From: Pseudobdellovibrionaceae bacterium
GTDB taxonomy: Bacteria > Bdellovibrionota > Bdellovibrionia > Bdellovibrionales > Bdellovibrionaceae
Direction of reading: 5' to 3'
NCBI GenBank assembly: GCA_039810425.1
Contig: JBDHWW010000001.1
Span: 108,652 to 172,651 of the forward strand
DNA length: 64,000 nt
This document shows positions 48,449 to 59,451 of this stretch, piece by piece. Numbering within the stretch: the first letter of the stretch is position 1; the number at the start of each line of letters is the position of its first letter. A program made the position numbers and the translations under genes. The notes beneath the pieces were generated by a model that saw nothing but the letters and a program-made list of their open reading frames with translations, ran no database searches and had not been told where the DNA came from.

Positions 48449-50299
48449 ATGTCCAAATCAGAAGCGAACTCATTTACAAAAAAGCACTACGTGGTGATGC
48501 TTTTTCTTTTTGTCCTCAGTTTTGCGATATATGGCGGCACTTTTTATCATAAGTTCGTGAACTTCGACGATCCGGCCTTAGCCTACGAAAACAAAGATAT
48601 CCGCAGTTTCAACCTCAAGCAGATATTCACAAGCACCGTTGCGGAAGACTATATCCCGTTGACGGCTGTGAGCTACGCGATCGATCATGCCCTGTTTGGC
48701 ATGGATCCTTCGTTTTTTCATCTGCATAATGTGATTCTTCATGGCCTGAATGTCCTTCTGGCTTTTCTACTTGTTTTAATGATTTCCCAATGGAGTCTCG
48801 CAGCGGCGACAATCACGGCACTGCTTTTTGCAATTCATCCGCTGCACGTGGAGTCTGTGGCTTGGGTAGCTGAAAGAAAAGACGTGCTTTCCACTTTTTT
48901 TTCATTGGTCTCGATGGTCTTCTACTGGAAATTTTTGGAAAAACGAAACACGGGCCTTTTTGTTCTTAGTTTTCTTTGCGTTGTGCTGGGGTTGTTTGCG
49001 AAGTTTATGGCGGTTTCCGTCCCGGCGGTTTTAGTGCTGATGGAATTGCAGCGCCGCGAAGACCCTCGAAAGACCGCTCTCCGGATGATTCCGTTTGCGG
49101 CATTGGCGGGAGTTTTTACTTATATCCATCTGACCCTCCACAATAGCGCAACCGCTCAGCTGCCGTGGAGTTTGCAGCGGGGAATTGATTCGCTTGCGTT
49201 TTATCTGGCAAAGACCTTTTATCCAGTGGGACTCAGTGTTTTTTATGAACAAAACGTCGTTCATGTGTTGTGGTGGCAGTACCTCATCGGCGGTGTCATC
49301 CTGCTGGCCTTGGCTGTAGCCGCATGGAAGTTCAAGCAGGTGCGCGCGAAAATTCTATTTGGTGGCGCGTTCTTCCTGCTTTCGATCTTTCCGGTTCTGC
49401 AGATTATCCCATTCGGAAACCTTTTCTCCTTTGGTGACCGCTTCATGTATTTGCCAAGCGTCGGGCTGTTTTACGCCCTCAGTGCCTTAGCTATCGCCTT
49501 GATCGAGCGGCGCCCGCGCCTGCAGAGGCAGGCGCTGATATTTTTGTGGTCTCTGGGGGCCGTGTTCTTGGCGGTTCAGTCCTATGAACGAACTTCGGTG
49601 TGGCAGGATTCAAAAGCGCTTTGGACGGACGCGGTAAAGACTTACCCGAAGAGTGCGGTGGCCTTGAACAACCTTGGTCTTGTTTACCTCGAGGCCGCCG
49701 ACCGCCAGACCGCGATTCCATTTTTCATCCAAGCAGCGCAATTGCGAAATGATTACACCGAGCCTTATGTAAATCTTGGCTTGGCGTACTTGGATCTCAA
49801 GCAACTCAACGACGCATCCGCGGCATTGAAAGAAGCACTGAGAATTGATCCGAAGCTGCCGCGCGCCCACGTGAATATGGCTTTGATTTTCGAAGCACAA
49901 AATCAGCTCGACCGAGCGGGTGAGCACTACCTTCGCGCTTTGGAACTTGATCCGGATTTGACGATGGCCCGTTACAATCTCGGCGTCATTTATTACCGGC
50001 TACAGCAGATCGGGAAAGCCCTGGCGATGTTTCGCGAAACGACTCAGCACGATCCATACCTATCAGAAGCACATCAGGGAATCGGTGTGATTCTCGCGGA
50101 AATGGGCGATACTGCGAACGCTATTCCAGAATTTCAAAAAGCGATCGAATTGGATCCTTTGTACGAGGCACCAAGAATTCAGTTGATCAGCATTTACAAT
50201 AAGCAGGGCCGCACGGATTTGATGGCCCAAGAGGTCGAAGGCTTGCAGCATGCTCAGCGTGAACTGGCGAGCCAGCCTCCCACAAGACCAAGAAGATAA
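48449..50299 (+). CDS. TMTC-like GT-C membrane glycosyltransferase with C-terminal TPRs
   Basis: NFDD in the first loop, Y.PL..SY..D, FHLHNVILH, FAIHPLHVESVAWVAERKDVL, DRFMYLPS, multiple TPRs. Confidence 0.8.
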   Translation: MSKSEANSFTKKHYVVMLFLFVLSFAIYGGTFYHKFVNFDDPALAYENKDIRSFNLKQIFTSTVAEDYIPLTAVSYAIDHALFGMDPSFFHLHNVILHGLNVLLAFLLVLMISQWSLAAATITALLFAIHPLHVESVAWVAERKDVLSTFFSLVSMVFYWKFLEKRNTGLFVLSFLCVVLGLFAKFMAVSVPAVLVLMELQRREDPRKTALRMIPFAALAGVFTYIHLTLHNSATAQLPWSLQRGIDSLAFYLAKTFYPVGLSVFYEQNVVHVLWWQYLIGGVILLALAVAAWKFKQVRAKILFGGAFFLLSIFPVLQIIPFGNLFSFGDRFMYLPSVGLFYALSALAIALIERRPRLQRQALIFLWSLGAVFLAVQSYERTSVWQDSKALWTDAVKTYPKSAVALNNLGLVYLEAADRQTAIPFFIQAAQLRNDYTEPYVNLGLAYLDLKQLNDASAALKEALRIDPKLPRAHVNMALIFEAQNQLDRAGEHYLRALELDPDLTMARYNLGVIYYRLQQIGKALAMFRETTQHDPYLSEAHQGIGVILAEMGDTANAIPEFQKAIELDPLYEAPRIQLISIYNKQGRTDLMAQEVEGLQHAQRELASQPPTRPRR

Positions 50300-50303
50300 A
50301 TAA

Positions 50304-51161
50304 TTAAGTTTGACCGACTAAGAAGCACTCGGCCGTGCCGGCGTTTAATCCGTCCGTGCGATGTGCAAAGTAGCGTTGGAAAAGGTTTTGAGCCGAAACA
50401 TGCTCGGCTTTCTTGAAGCCGGCCTCTTTCGCCATCGCTAAAATCTCGTCAGGCTTAAACAAGCTTAAGAACGGAGTTCCGGATTCGGCAGCACGTTTCA
50501 TCACGAAATCCATCATGCCACGCTCTTTAGGCTCCATCAGATCCAGTGCTAGCATGAAAGTTGTCGCAAAGGTAGAACCCCGAGCAAGCGTCGCCATTTG
50601 CTTAAACGTCGCCATATTCGTTTCGCGGGTGAGGTACATCGTTACGCCTGTTGAAACGACGACCGCAGGCTTGTTCTTATCGAAACCCGCCGCCAACAAC
50701 TGATTCCACCAAGACTGACCGCCTTCGAAATCCACCGGTACGAAATGCAGTCCTGCAGGTGCCGCATAGCCAGTTTCGGCAAGACGTTTTTGTTTCCAAG
50801 CTTGAGGGCCCGGCTGATCGACTTCGAAGATCTGCATACGTGAAGCCAGATCCGGACGGCGTTGGGCAAACGTGTCTAAGCCAGCACCGAGAATCACGTA
50901 CTGGTTGGTGCCAAGTTTGAGCTGTTCTTCGACGAGATCCTCAATGAAGCGCGCCCGTCCGACAACGGAGGCTCGCATGGATTTAGAAAAATCAGGACTC
51001 ATGTCCTGACGATTCTGCCAGCCTTCTTCAGCCACGAGTTTTACGCCTACTTCATCAGTAAAAATATGAGGAGCAGGGTCAAGCAGCACATGGAGAGCGC
51101 GCCACAAGGACACGCGAACCGCCGTGTGTTCCGGAGCGATGGCTTTGTTATCAATTGCCAT
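50304..51161 (-). CDS. SAM-dependent methyltransferase (LCM/DUF-type)
   Basis: RARFIED, QYVILGAGLDTFA.R, FEVDQP...WK, VPVDFE. Confidence 0.88.
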   Translation of the reverse strand: MAIDNKAIAPEHTAVRVSLWRALHVLLDPAPHIFTDEVGVKLVAEEGWQNRQDMSPDFSKSMRASVVGRARFIEDLVEEQLKLGTNQYVILGAGLDTFAQRRPDLASRMQIFEVDQPGPQAWKQKRLAETGYAAPAGLHFVPVDFEGGQSWWNQLLAAGFDKNKPAVVVSTGVTMYLTRETNMATFKQMATLARGSTFATTFMLALDLMEPKERGMMDFVMKRAAESGTPFLSLFKPDEILAMAKEAGFKKAEHVSAQNLFQRYFAHRTDGLNAGTAECFLVGQT

Positions 51162-51171
51162 AGGCGATCCC

Positions 51172-51678
51172 TTACTTATTTACGCACGTCAAAATTTTAA
51201 GGCCAAAGTTATCGGCGACATAGGTACCGCGCAGACCTTGGTGTCCGCTCATGTTCATGATGCGCAGGCTGGGATCATTGACCATGGTCATTGTATAGTA
51301 CTGGCCAAAACCAGACGACTGAGATTGAACAACCCAGATAGAACCGTTTTTCAGGCAGTTATCGATCGGATTGATGCTGAACCACGTTCCGTCTTGGAAG
51401 TTTTGATTAACGGCTTGTTTGATAATGCACTCTTGCGATGAATCTTTGCCGACGAAAGCAAAAATGCGTGAGCGGTAGTTCAATTGCGCGAAGGGAGTAT
51501 CGGTTCCGTTTTGAAGCTCTTGCATTGTTTGATTTTGATTACAGAATTGTTCCGTCGCTTTTTGCAATTGATCTGGATTGATTTTTTCGATGACGTCGCC
51601 ATTTAAGCCAGTGATTTTGCCGCAGGCAGCAGATAGTAAAACGGAACCTAAAATAAGAATGATATTTTTTCTTGTCAT
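51172..51678 (-). CDS. Hypothetical lipoprotein
   Basis: Lipobox-like LSAAC after a hydrophobic stretch. Confidence 0.7.
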   Translation of the reverse strand: MTRKNIILILGSVLLSAACGKITGLNGDVIEKINPDQLQKATEQFCNQNQTMQELQNGTDTPFAQLNYRSRIFAFVGKDSSQECIIKQAVNQNFQDGTWFSINPIDNCLKNGSIWVVQSQSSGFGQYYTMTMVNDPSLRIMNMSGHQGLRGTYVADNFGLKILTCVNK

Positions 51679-51737
51679 AGATCAAGGTTAAGGTGCCGCC
51701 TCGGCTCAGGCAAGGACAAGATGCCTTGGGTCCAGCG

Positions 51738-51770
51738 AAAAAAGCCCGACTTCCGAAGACTGCCGGGCTT
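51738..51770 (-). terminator. Intrinsic terminator after pepA
   Basis: Minus strand AAGCCCGG...TCGGGCTTTTTT. Confidence 0.75.
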
Positions 51771-51792
51771 CATATAAAACAAGCTTTCTAAA

Positions 51793-53298
51793 CTAAACGT
51801 ACTGCTTCGCGATTTCTACGAAGGTGCGGATCATCACGCCACTAGCGCCCTTTTTAGGGCAGTAGTTCAAACGGTTGCCGACAGCCCAGCCGGTGCCTGC
51901 GATATCAAAGTGCGCCCATGGGATGCCTTCACCGACGAACTGCTCCAAGAAAGCGGCAGCCGTTGCGGAACCAGCCCCTTTGCCTGAAGACATGTTAGAC
52001 AAATCGGCGTAAGTGCCTTTCATGTCTTTCACGTGGAAGTCTGTCAAAGGCATGTTCCATACCCACTCACCGGAAGCGGCCGCCGCTTTTTCAACTTTGC
52101 CCTTTAGCGCGTTATTACGAGTGAAGTAACCAGTGTGAGTGTTGCCCAAGGCAACAACCATCGCGCCAGTCAAAGTCGCGGCGTCCACAATCATTTGTGG
52201 CGCCAATTCAGTCGCGTAGCTGAGAGCATCCGCCAAGATCAAACGACCTTCGGCATCAGTGTTGTTCACTTCGAATGTTTTACCATTGCGAGCCGTGTGA
52301 ACATCGCCGGGCTTTGTTGCGGAAGGACCTACCAGATTTTCACTCGAAGACACCAAGCCGACAACGTTTACTTTCAATTTCAATTTTGCAATAGCGATCA
52401 ATGTACCGATGACGTTCGCGCCACCGCACATGTCGTATTTCATTTCTTCCATACCTGCCGAAGGCTTAATGCTGATACCACCGCAGTCGAAAGTCAGACC
52501 TTTACCAACGAATACAACAGGTTTTTTTGTCTTAGCTGCGCCATGATATTCCATGATGATGAAGCGTGGTTCTTGATCGGAGCCCATAGAAACGCCGAGC
52601 AAGCCGCCCATTTTTTCTTTTTTGATTCGAGCTTTGTCCCAAACAGTGACTTTCAAGCCCGTGCCTTTAGCGCCTTCAACCGCCGCATGAGCCAAATCAG
52701 TTGGAGTCATCAAGTTGCCTGGCAAATCACCTAAGCGGCGAGAGAAGTTTACAGTTGAACCAAGGATCACGCCCTCAGAGAAAGCGGCTTTAAAAACTTT
52801 GTCGCCAGACTTGGCAACGACATGCAAAGAGAGGTCTGGGCCTTTTCCTTCTTTCTTGCCTGACGTTTTCAATTCGTCGAAGACATAAGAAGCCAGGGCC
52901 AAGCCTTCTGCCGCAGCTTTCGCAAAGGGGGCCGCGTCTTTCTTATTGGACGACAAACCTTCGAAATAAAGGGCCGCTTCTTTAACGCCAGCGCCTTTTA
53001 AAACTTCAACAGCCGCCGCCACCGCCTGGCGAACCACTTCGTGATCAAGATCTGAGTCTTTGCCTAGACCAATGACGAGAACGTGCCGGAAATTTTTGTA
53101 ATTCAATTCGCGGTAAAGAACAGTCTCGAGGTGCTTACCTGTGATGGTTTTTTCTTCAATGGCATTTGCCAGTTTTTTTCCAAGCTCAGTATGAGTCACC
53201 TTCGCTGATTTATCTTTTTGAGATGCAGCTTTTGAGAACACGACCAAAGCTGGGCATGTCAGCGTTTCGATGTCTTTAGTAATGAGGTCGAAGACCAT
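51793..53298 (-). CDS. pepA: Leucyl aminopeptidase (M17)
   Basis: VGKGLTFDCGGISIKP, MKYDMCG, NTDAEGRL, ATLTGA, HFDIAG. Confidence 0.95.
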   Translation of the reverse strand: MVFDLITKDIETLTCPALVVFSKAASQKDKSAKVTHTELGKKLANAIEEKTITGKHLETVLYRELNYKNFRHVLVIGLGKDSDLDHEVVRQAVAAAVEVLKGAGVKEAALYFEGLSSNKKDAAPFAKAAAEGLALASYVFDELKTSGKKEGKGPDLSLHVVAKSGDKVFKAAFSEGVILGSTVNFSRRLGDLPGNLMTPTDLAHAAVEGAKGTGLKVTVWDKARIKKEKMGGLLGVSMGSDQEPRFIIMEYHGAAKTKKPVVFVGKGLTFDCGGISIKPSAGMEEMKYDMCGGANVIGTLIAIAKLKLKVNVVGLVSSSENLVGPSATKPGDVHTARNGKTFEVNNTDAEGRLILADALSYATELAPQMIVDAATLTGAMVVALGNTHTGYFTRNNALKGKVEKAAAASGEWVWNMPLTDFHVKDMKGTYADLSNMSSGKGAGSATAAAFLEQFVGEGIPWAHFDIAGTGWAVGNRLNYCPKKGASGVMIRTFVEIAKQYV

Positions 53299-53464
53299 AA
53301 ACTGTCCTTTCAATAGCAACTTAATGTGATGCGTTAATAGCCTAAAATCTGATCGCTAAATGACTAACATAATCGCAAATGCCGTCAAAGCCTTTTTAAT
53401 AAAGTCCTGTATTATAATACCGATAGGTAAGATGATGGAATTAACCACCAAGCAGGAGACCACT

Positions 53465-54073
53465 GTGGCACTCATACCTTACGTTGTAGAACAGACCTCG
53501 AAAGGCGAAAGAAGTTACGATATTTACTCTCGCCTTCTCAAAGACCGTATTATCATCCTGGGTACCCAAGTTACAGACGAGGTCGCGAACGCCATTATCG
53601 CACAAATGTTGTTCCTCGAGGTAGACAACCCTGAAAAGGATATCCATCTTTACATCAATTCACCGGGCGGAAGCGTTTCGGCGGGTTTGGCGATTTATGA
53701 CTTCATGCAGTTTGTGAAGTGTGATGTGGCGACTTATTGTATGGGTATGGCGGCGAGCATGGGTTCTTTGCTTTTGCAGGCCGGTACAACAGGCAAGCGC
53801 TTCAGCCTTCCAAACACACGCATCATGATCCACCAGCCACTGTTGTCTGGAGGCGGATTGTCCGGTCAGGTGACTGACATCGAAATCCACGCCAAAGAGT
53901 TGATTAAAACAAAAGAAAAGTTGACGAAAATTTACGAAGTTCACACAGGACAGAAGTACGAGAAGCTTGCGAACCTAATGGAACGTGACTACTTCTTGGA
54001 TCCGAGGGAGGCCAAAGAACTCGGCTTGATAGACACGATCGTTGAATCTCGTAAAGCTTCTAAAAAAGGATAA
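53465..54073 (+). CDS. clpP: ATP-dependent Clp protease proteolytic subunit
   Basis: AGGAG RBS plus GTG 53465; [35 protein letters not shown]. Confidence 0.97.
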   Translation: MALIPYVVEQTSKGERSYDIYSRLLKDRIIILGTQVTDEVANAIIAQMLFLEVDNPEKDIHLYINSPGGSVSAGLAIYDFMQFVKCDVATYCMGMAASMGSLLLQAGTTGKRFSLPNTRIMIHQPLLSGGGLSGQVTDIEIHAKELIKTKEKLTKIYEVHTGQKYEKLANLMERDYFLDPREAKELGLIDTIVESRKASKKG

Positions 54074-54076
54074 GCG

Positions 54077-55378
54077 ATGAGCACCAAAGATGCAGGCACA
54101 TTAAGATGTAGTTTTTGTGGCAAAGGCCAAAAAGAAGTTAAGAAATTAATCGCGGGTCCGGGCGTTTATATCTGTGACGAGTGTATCGACCTCTGCAATG
54201 ACATCATTGATGAGGAAAAAGATCGCGAGACGTCGGTGAAGGGCACCTTTAAGGTCCCTAAACCACACGATATCAAAACCTACTTGGATGACTATGTTAT
54301 CGGCCAGCTTAAAGCTAAAAAAGCTTTGGCGGTTGCAGTTCACAATCACTACAAGCGCATTAACGCCATTCAAAATGGGAAAAAAGGTTCGGAAGTTGAG
54401 TTGCAAAAATCCAACATTCTCCTGATTGGTCCTACGGGTTCCGGTAAAACATTGCTGGCGCAAACTATCGCTAAGATCTTGAACGTTCCTTTCGCGATGG
54501 CGGACGCGACGACTCTCACTGAAGCGGGTTATGTGGGTGAGGACGTGGAAAACGTTGTTTTGAATCTCTTACAAGCGGCGGATTACGACGTGGAAAAAGC
54601 TCAAAAGGGCGTCATCTACATCGATGAGATCGATAAAATCTCCCGCAAATCTGAGAACCCTTCCATCACCCGCGACGTGAGCGGTGAGGGAGTTCAGCAG
54701 GCATTGTTGAAAATCCTCGAGGGAACAGTGGCGAACTTGCCTCCCAAAGGCGGTCGTAAGCATCCTCAACAAGAGTTTATCCAGGTTGATACTTCAAACA
54801 TCCTTTTCATCGTGGGTGGCGCGTTCGTAGGCCTTGATAAAGTTATCGAGAACCGCACGACGAACAAGGCAATGGGTATTGGTGCCGACATCCGTACAGC
54901 GGCGGAAAAGGACGCTGGCGGCGAGTACATTTTGCAAAAAGTGGAGCCAGATGACTTGTCGAAGTTCGGCTTAATCCCGGAGTTCATCGGTCGTTTGCCA
55001 GTCCTTGCCGTGTTGGATCCTCTTGAAGAGTCAGCTTTGATGGATATCTTGGTACAGCCGAAAAACGCTGTTACTAAGCAGTACCAAAAACTCTTCAGCT
55101 ACGAGGGCGTAGATCTCAAGTTCACCGAGAAAGCGTTAAAAGCAATCGCTCAGATGGCTTTGAAACGTAAGACGGGAGCTCGTGGTTTAAGAGGCGTTAT
55201 AGAGCAGGCAATGCTTGATATCATGTTTGATATTCCATCCAAACCGAATGTCAAAGAGTGTATTATTGATGAAAAAGTAATCAATGATGGGGCTGCGCCG
55301 AAACTAGTCTACAAGACTGAGGACGAGATGCGGGCTGAGGCCGCGAAAGCCGACAGCGATCCGGCGGAAAGCGCTTAA
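54077..55378 (+). CDS. clpX: ATP-dependent Clp protease ATPase subunit
   Basis: CSFCGK zinc finger, [40 protein letters not shown]. Confidence 0.98.
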   Translation: MSTKDAGTLRCSFCGKGQKEVKKLIAGPGVYICDECIDLCNDIIDEEKDRETSVKGTFKVPKPHDIKTYLDDYVIGQLKAKKALAVAVHNHYKRINAIQNGKKGSEVELQKSNILLIGPTGSGKTLLAQTIAKILNVPFAMADATTLTEAGYVGEDVENVVLNLLQAADYDVEKAQKGVIYIDEIDKISRKSENPSITRDVSGEGVQQALLKILEGTVANLPPKGGRKHPQQEFIQVDTSNILFIVGGAFVGLDKVIENRTTNKAMGIGADIRTAAEKDAGGEYILQKVEPDDLSKFGLIPEFIGRLPVLAVLDPLEESALMDILVQPKNAVTKQYQKLFSYEGVDLKFTEKALKAIAQMALKRKTGARGLRGVIEQAMLDIMFDIPSKPNVKECIIDEKVINDGAAPKLVYKTEDEMRAEAAKADSDPAESA

Positions 55379-55401
55379 AATACGAAAGTCAAATCGTGAT
55401 C

Positions 55402-55433
55402 AAAAAAACCCGGGAGAAATACTCGGGTTTTTT
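55402..55433 (+). terminator. Intrinsic terminator after clpX
   Basis: aaaaaacccggg-agaaata-ctcgggtttttt. Confidence 0.85.
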
Positions 55434-55674
55434 CTTTTCCATAAGCAAATCTTATTCGAAATATGACCTAACTTTGTGCTTTGACTTGGTCTGGGTTTTA
55501 ACTCCCCGCTTTAGAAAAAATGACACCACACTAATTTACTTCCCTGAAACCGGACACATACTTATACTTAACTAAGAACTGGGCGGGTTGAACGGAATTA
55601 ACCCCCCATGGATCTCCGGGGTTCTTAGCGATAGACTCAAGGGGATCGAAAAACCACACAGGGAGGGTCTTAAA

Positions 55675-58161
55675 ATGAGTGAGAGCGCCAAAGGATCTGT
55701 TCAACAACTTCCACTTCTGCCTTTAAGAGATCTCATCATTTTTCCGCATATGATGATGCCATTGTTTGTCGGCCGCGATAAGAGTATCAATGCTCTTGAA
55801 GAGGCCATGAGTAAACAGACTGACATCGTTCTTGCGGCTCAAAAAGATGCGAAGACCAACAATCCGGAACCAAAGGACATCTACCAAGTCGGTACGATCG
55901 CCACGATTATCCAACTCTTGAGAATTCCCGATGGCACCGTCAAGGTCCTCGTGGAAGGTAAGCGCCGTGTTCGCATTAAAAACTTTGTCAACAACGACAA
56001 TTTCTTCCAAGTTCAATGTGAAGAAATTCCGGAAGAAGCGGAAAGCCCCGTTGAAGCAGCCGCACTTGTGCGTTCGGTGAAAACGACTTTCGAAACGTAT
56101 GTAAAACTCAACAAGAGAATTCCACCGGAAATCCTGATGAGAGTTTCGACGATCGAAAATCCCGGTGAATTGGCCGACATCATCGTTGCCCAATTGAACC
56201 TGAAACTCGAAGACAAACAGAAAGTTTTAGAGATCAACGACCCTTCAAAACGCCTGGAGCACTTGCTGAACCTCATGACCGGCGAAATCGAAATACTCGA
56301 GGTCGAGAAAAAGATCCGCACTCGTGTGAAAAAGCAAATGGAGCGTTCTCAGAAAGAGTACTACTTGAATGAGCAAATGCAGGCTATTCAAAAGGAACTT
56401 GGCGAGAAAGACGACTATCAGGCGGAGCTTCAGGATTTAGAAGTTAAAACTAAAGCCAAGAAAATGTCCCAAGAAGCTAAAGACAAAGTCATGAAAGAGA
56501 TCAAGAAGCTGAAGATGATGTCTCCGATGTCAGCGGAAGCGACGGTGGTTCGTAACTACATTGACTGGGTGTTGTCTTTGCCATGGGCTGATTACACTGA
56601 AGAAAAACATGACGTTAAGAATGCCCAAAAGATTCTTGATGATGACCACTGGGGGTTGGAAAAAGTTAAGGAAAGAATTCTCGAGTACTTGGCGGTTCTT
56701 TCTATCTCTAAGAACATGAAGGGGCCGATTTTATGTCTGGTGGGCCCTCCAGGGGTGGGTAAAACATCCTTGGCAAGATCCATTGCCGAGTCTTTGAATC
56801 GTCCGTTTGCGCGAATCTCTTTGGGTGGCGTGCGTGATGAAGCTGAGATCCGCGGCCATAGAAAAACATACGTGGGTGCGATGCCGGGCAAAATCCTGCA
56901 AGCTTTACGTAAAGTTGATAAAGGCAATCCGCTCGTGTTGTTGGATGAAATCGATAAAATGGCCAACGATTTCCGTGGCGACCCGGCGGCGGCGATGCTC
57001 GAGGTATTGGATCCGGAGCAAAACTCCGCGTTCCAGGATCACTATTTGGAATTGGAATATGACCTTTCCAAAGTGATGTTCATTGCGACTGCGAACTCCT
57101 TGCATACAGTTCCAAGACCTCTCTTGGATCGCATGGAAATCATCAGCCTCGAAGGTTATATCGAGCAAGAGAAGTTTCACATTGCGAAGAACTACTTGGT
57201 ACCTAAGCAGATCGAAAATCACGGTTTGAAAGAATACAAAGTTTCAATCCCTGAAAAAACGATCCGCGATGTCATCCGCTACTACACGAAAGAAGCGGGC
57301 GTGCGCAGCTTGGAAAGACAGTTTGCGAATGTGTGCCGTAAAGTCGCTAAGGACATCGTGATGTCGCAAGCCATGGCGGACATGAAAGACACGGGTAAGA
57401 AGACTTCTAAGAAAGCCGCGGCAAAAGCCGGGGCCGGTAAAACAGTTCCATACGTGGTGACGCCTCAGAAGCTCGTAGAATTGCTCGGTCCGCACAAGTA
57501 CAAGTTTGGTAAGATCGAAGAGCAAAATGAAATCGGTCTCACAAACGGTATGGCTTGGACGGAAGTGGGCGGTGATTTACTCGCGGTTGAAGCCAGCGTC
57601 GTTCCAGGCAAGGGCAAATTCACAATCACCGGTCAACTGGGCGATGTGATGAAAGAGTCTTGCTCGGCAGCTATGAGCTACGTTCGCTCCCGCGGACCGC
57701 TCTTCGGTTTGGATAAGGACTACTTCTCGAATATCGACGTCCACATCCACTTGCCAGAGGGTGCAGTTCCTAAAGATGGTCCTTCAGCGGGTATTGCTCT
57801 CACAACTTCGATTGTGTCCGCGATCACAAAAATCCCAGTGAAGAGAACTGTCGCGATGACGGGTGAAATTTCTCTTCGGGGCCGCGTTCTTGCGATCGGC
57901 GGTTTGAAGGAGAAAATCCTCGCAGCTCACCGCGGTGGTATTAAGATGATTATCTGTCCTAAAGAGAACGAAAAGGATCTCAAGGACATCCCTAAGGAAG
58001 TGATGAAAGAGCTCAAAGTGATCTTGGTGGACCACGTGGATCAAGTGTTGATCAACGCTTTGGACATCAAAAATCCAAAAGAGCTTTTCAAAATCCAAAA
58101 GGAAACAGACTACGGAATCAAGGCTCAGTACACGGGTCAGACCTTGCATCCACATCACTAA
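55675..58161 (+). CDS. lon: Lon protease
   Basis: LPLRD N-domain, [33 protein letters not shown] before ATG 55675. Confidence 0.98.
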   Translation: MSESAKGSVQQLPLLPLRDLIIFPHMMMPLFVGRDKSINALEEAMSKQTDIVLAAQKDAKTNNPEPKDIYQVGTIATIIQLLRIPDGTVKVLVEGKRRVRIKNFVNNDNFFQVQCEEIPEEAESPVEAAALVRSVKTTFETYVKLNKRIPPEILMRVSTIENPGELADIIVAQLNLKLEDKQKVLEINDPSKRLEHLLNLMTGEIEILEVEKKIRTRVKKQMERSQKEYYLNEQMQAIQKELGEKDDYQAELQDLEVKTKAKKMSQEAKDKVMKEIKKLKMMSPMSAEATVVRNYIDWVLSLPWADYTEEKHDVKNAQKILDDDHWGLEKVKERILEYLAVLSISKNMKGPILCLVGPPGVGKTSLARSIAESLNRPFARISLGGVRDEAEIRGHRKTYVGAMPGKILQALRKVDKGNPLVLLDEIDKMANDFRGDPAAAMLEVLDPEQNSAFQDHYLELEYDLSKVMFIATANSLHTVPRPLLDRMEIISLEGYIEQEKFHIAKNYLVPKQIENHGLKEYKVSIPEKTIRDVIRYYTKEAGVRSLERQFANVCRKVAKDIVMSQAMADMKDTGKKTSKKAAAKAGAGKTVPYVVTPQKLVELLGPHKYKFGKIEEQNEIGLTNGMAWTEVGGDLLAVEASVVPGKGKFTITGQLGDVMKESCSAAMSYVRSRGPLFGLDKDYFSNIDVHIHLPEGAVPKDGPSAGIALTTSIVSAITKIPVKRTVAMTGEISLRGRVLAIGGLKEKILAAHRGGIKMIICPKENEKDLKDIPKEVMKELKVILVDHVDQVLINALDIKNPKELFKIQKETDYGIKAQYTGQTLHPHH

Positions 58162-58188
58162 TTGCCACTAAAATAGGCGCTATACTCT

Positions 58189-58214
58189 AAGGGGGTCCAT
58201 GGACCCCCTTTTTT
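58189..58214 (+). terminator. Intrinsic terminator after lon
   Basis: Perfect palindrome aagggggtccatggaccccctt followed by a T-run. Confidence 0.85.
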
Positions 58215-58325
58215 TATTCACAAAGTGCTTGAAATTCAGGCAACGCTGGAAGTCAGTGGATTGACGTATTATTAAGAATCTGTCAGAAAGTGGCCTTCGT
58301 TTGATTAATTTCAACTAGGGACCTG

Positions 58326-59435
58326 ATGACCATGACTCAGCATGATCGCACATTTGAAGTAGGCAAGCTCTATTGCGATCGCGGCGATTACAAGCTGGCT
58401 TTGGGTCACCTCGGGGAAGCTGCAAAAGGCTATTTTGCTGATAAGAACTTCTCTGACTACCTCAAGACATTGAACCTCATCCTCCGTATCTATGCGGAAA
58501 TGGAGATGTTTGAGGAAATTCATCAAACCAAAGAAAGGCTCCAAGACCTGGTCTTAAAAGAAGGCTTCGAGCTCAATTCAAAGACTTACTACACTCTCGC
58601 GGTCTGTGCCGCCTTCAAAGATCAAGACGAAACGGCATTGGACTATCTCCAAAAGGCGCTGTCGATTGCTCTTGCGGCAGATAATAAGGAAGACATCTGC
58701 CACGCAATCTTCGGTTTGGCGGCGGTTTACTCCCGTCCATCCATGGGTCGCTACGCAGATGCCTTAAAAGAAATTTATAACTTGGAGGTCTTCTTCCAAG
58801 TTTATAATATGCCGGACTTAAAGGTCTCCTCTCAGATGTTGAATGCGGACATCCTGCGCGGTCTTAAGAAGTACGATGAGGCGATTGAAGTTTTGTGGAG
58901 AGCTTACGATCTGATCAAAGCGACTAAAAACTTGGCTGTGATCGTAAACCTCCAACTGATGCTCGGTCGTTGCTACCTTGAAACCGGCGATAAAGAGATG
59001 GCTCGTCTTTACTTGGGACTGGCAAATCGCTCTGTTGACTCTGAAAACATGGTTCGTTTGGCTAAGCGTATTGAATGGTGCCTCCAACAATTGGGTGGTG
59101 AGCCACAAAACAGCTTTGATTTGATCTTCGATGAGGCATCCAACTCGGTGACAGAACGCAAGATTGGACGCATTGATTTTAAAAACCAATTTATACTTTT
59201 GGATCTTCTGAGACTGTTCATGCAGAATCAGGGGGTCGTTTATTCGAAAGAGTATCTGGTCGAGAATGTTTGGAAACAGGCATACGATCCAGCGGTTCAC
59301 GACAATAAGATTTATGTGACGATTAAGCGCCTCAGAAAATTGATCGAGCCGGACTACGAAAAGCCGAAATACATTTTCCGAGCGAAAAATGGTTACTACA
59401 TGAATAAGGGCGCAAGAGTTTCAATTGAACACTAG
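58326..59435 (+). CDS. TPR plus OmpR-type winged-helix transcriptional regulator
   Basis: TPR-like helices; C-terminal LL.LF.QNQG.VYSKE.L...VW....NKIYVTIKRLRKLIE....GY. Confidence 0.85.
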   Translation: MTMTQHDRTFEVGKLYCDRGDYKLALGHLGEAAKGYFADKNFSDYLKTLNLILRIYAEMEMFEEIHQTKERLQDLVLKEGFELNSKTYYTLAVCAAFKDQDETALDYLQKALSIALAADNKEDICHAIFGLAAVYSRPSMGRYADALKEIYNLEVFFQVYNMPDLKVSSQMLNADILRGLKKYDEAIEVLWRAYDLIKATKNLAVIVNLQLMLGRCYLETGDKEMARLYLGLANRSVDSENMVRLAKRIEWCLQQLGGEPQNSFDLIFDEASNSVTERKIGRIDFKNQFILLDLLRLFMQNQGVVYSKEYLVENVWKQAYDPAVHDNKIYVTIKRLRKLIEPDYEKPKYIFRAKNGYYMNKGARVSIEH

Positions 59436-59451
59436 GTGAGAGGGGCTCCTA

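Noticed and set aside
55588..55610. Possible sigma32 promoter (TTGAAC...CCCCAT) before lon
   Set aside because: The spacer is about 10 nt, too short for the 13-14 nt consensus.
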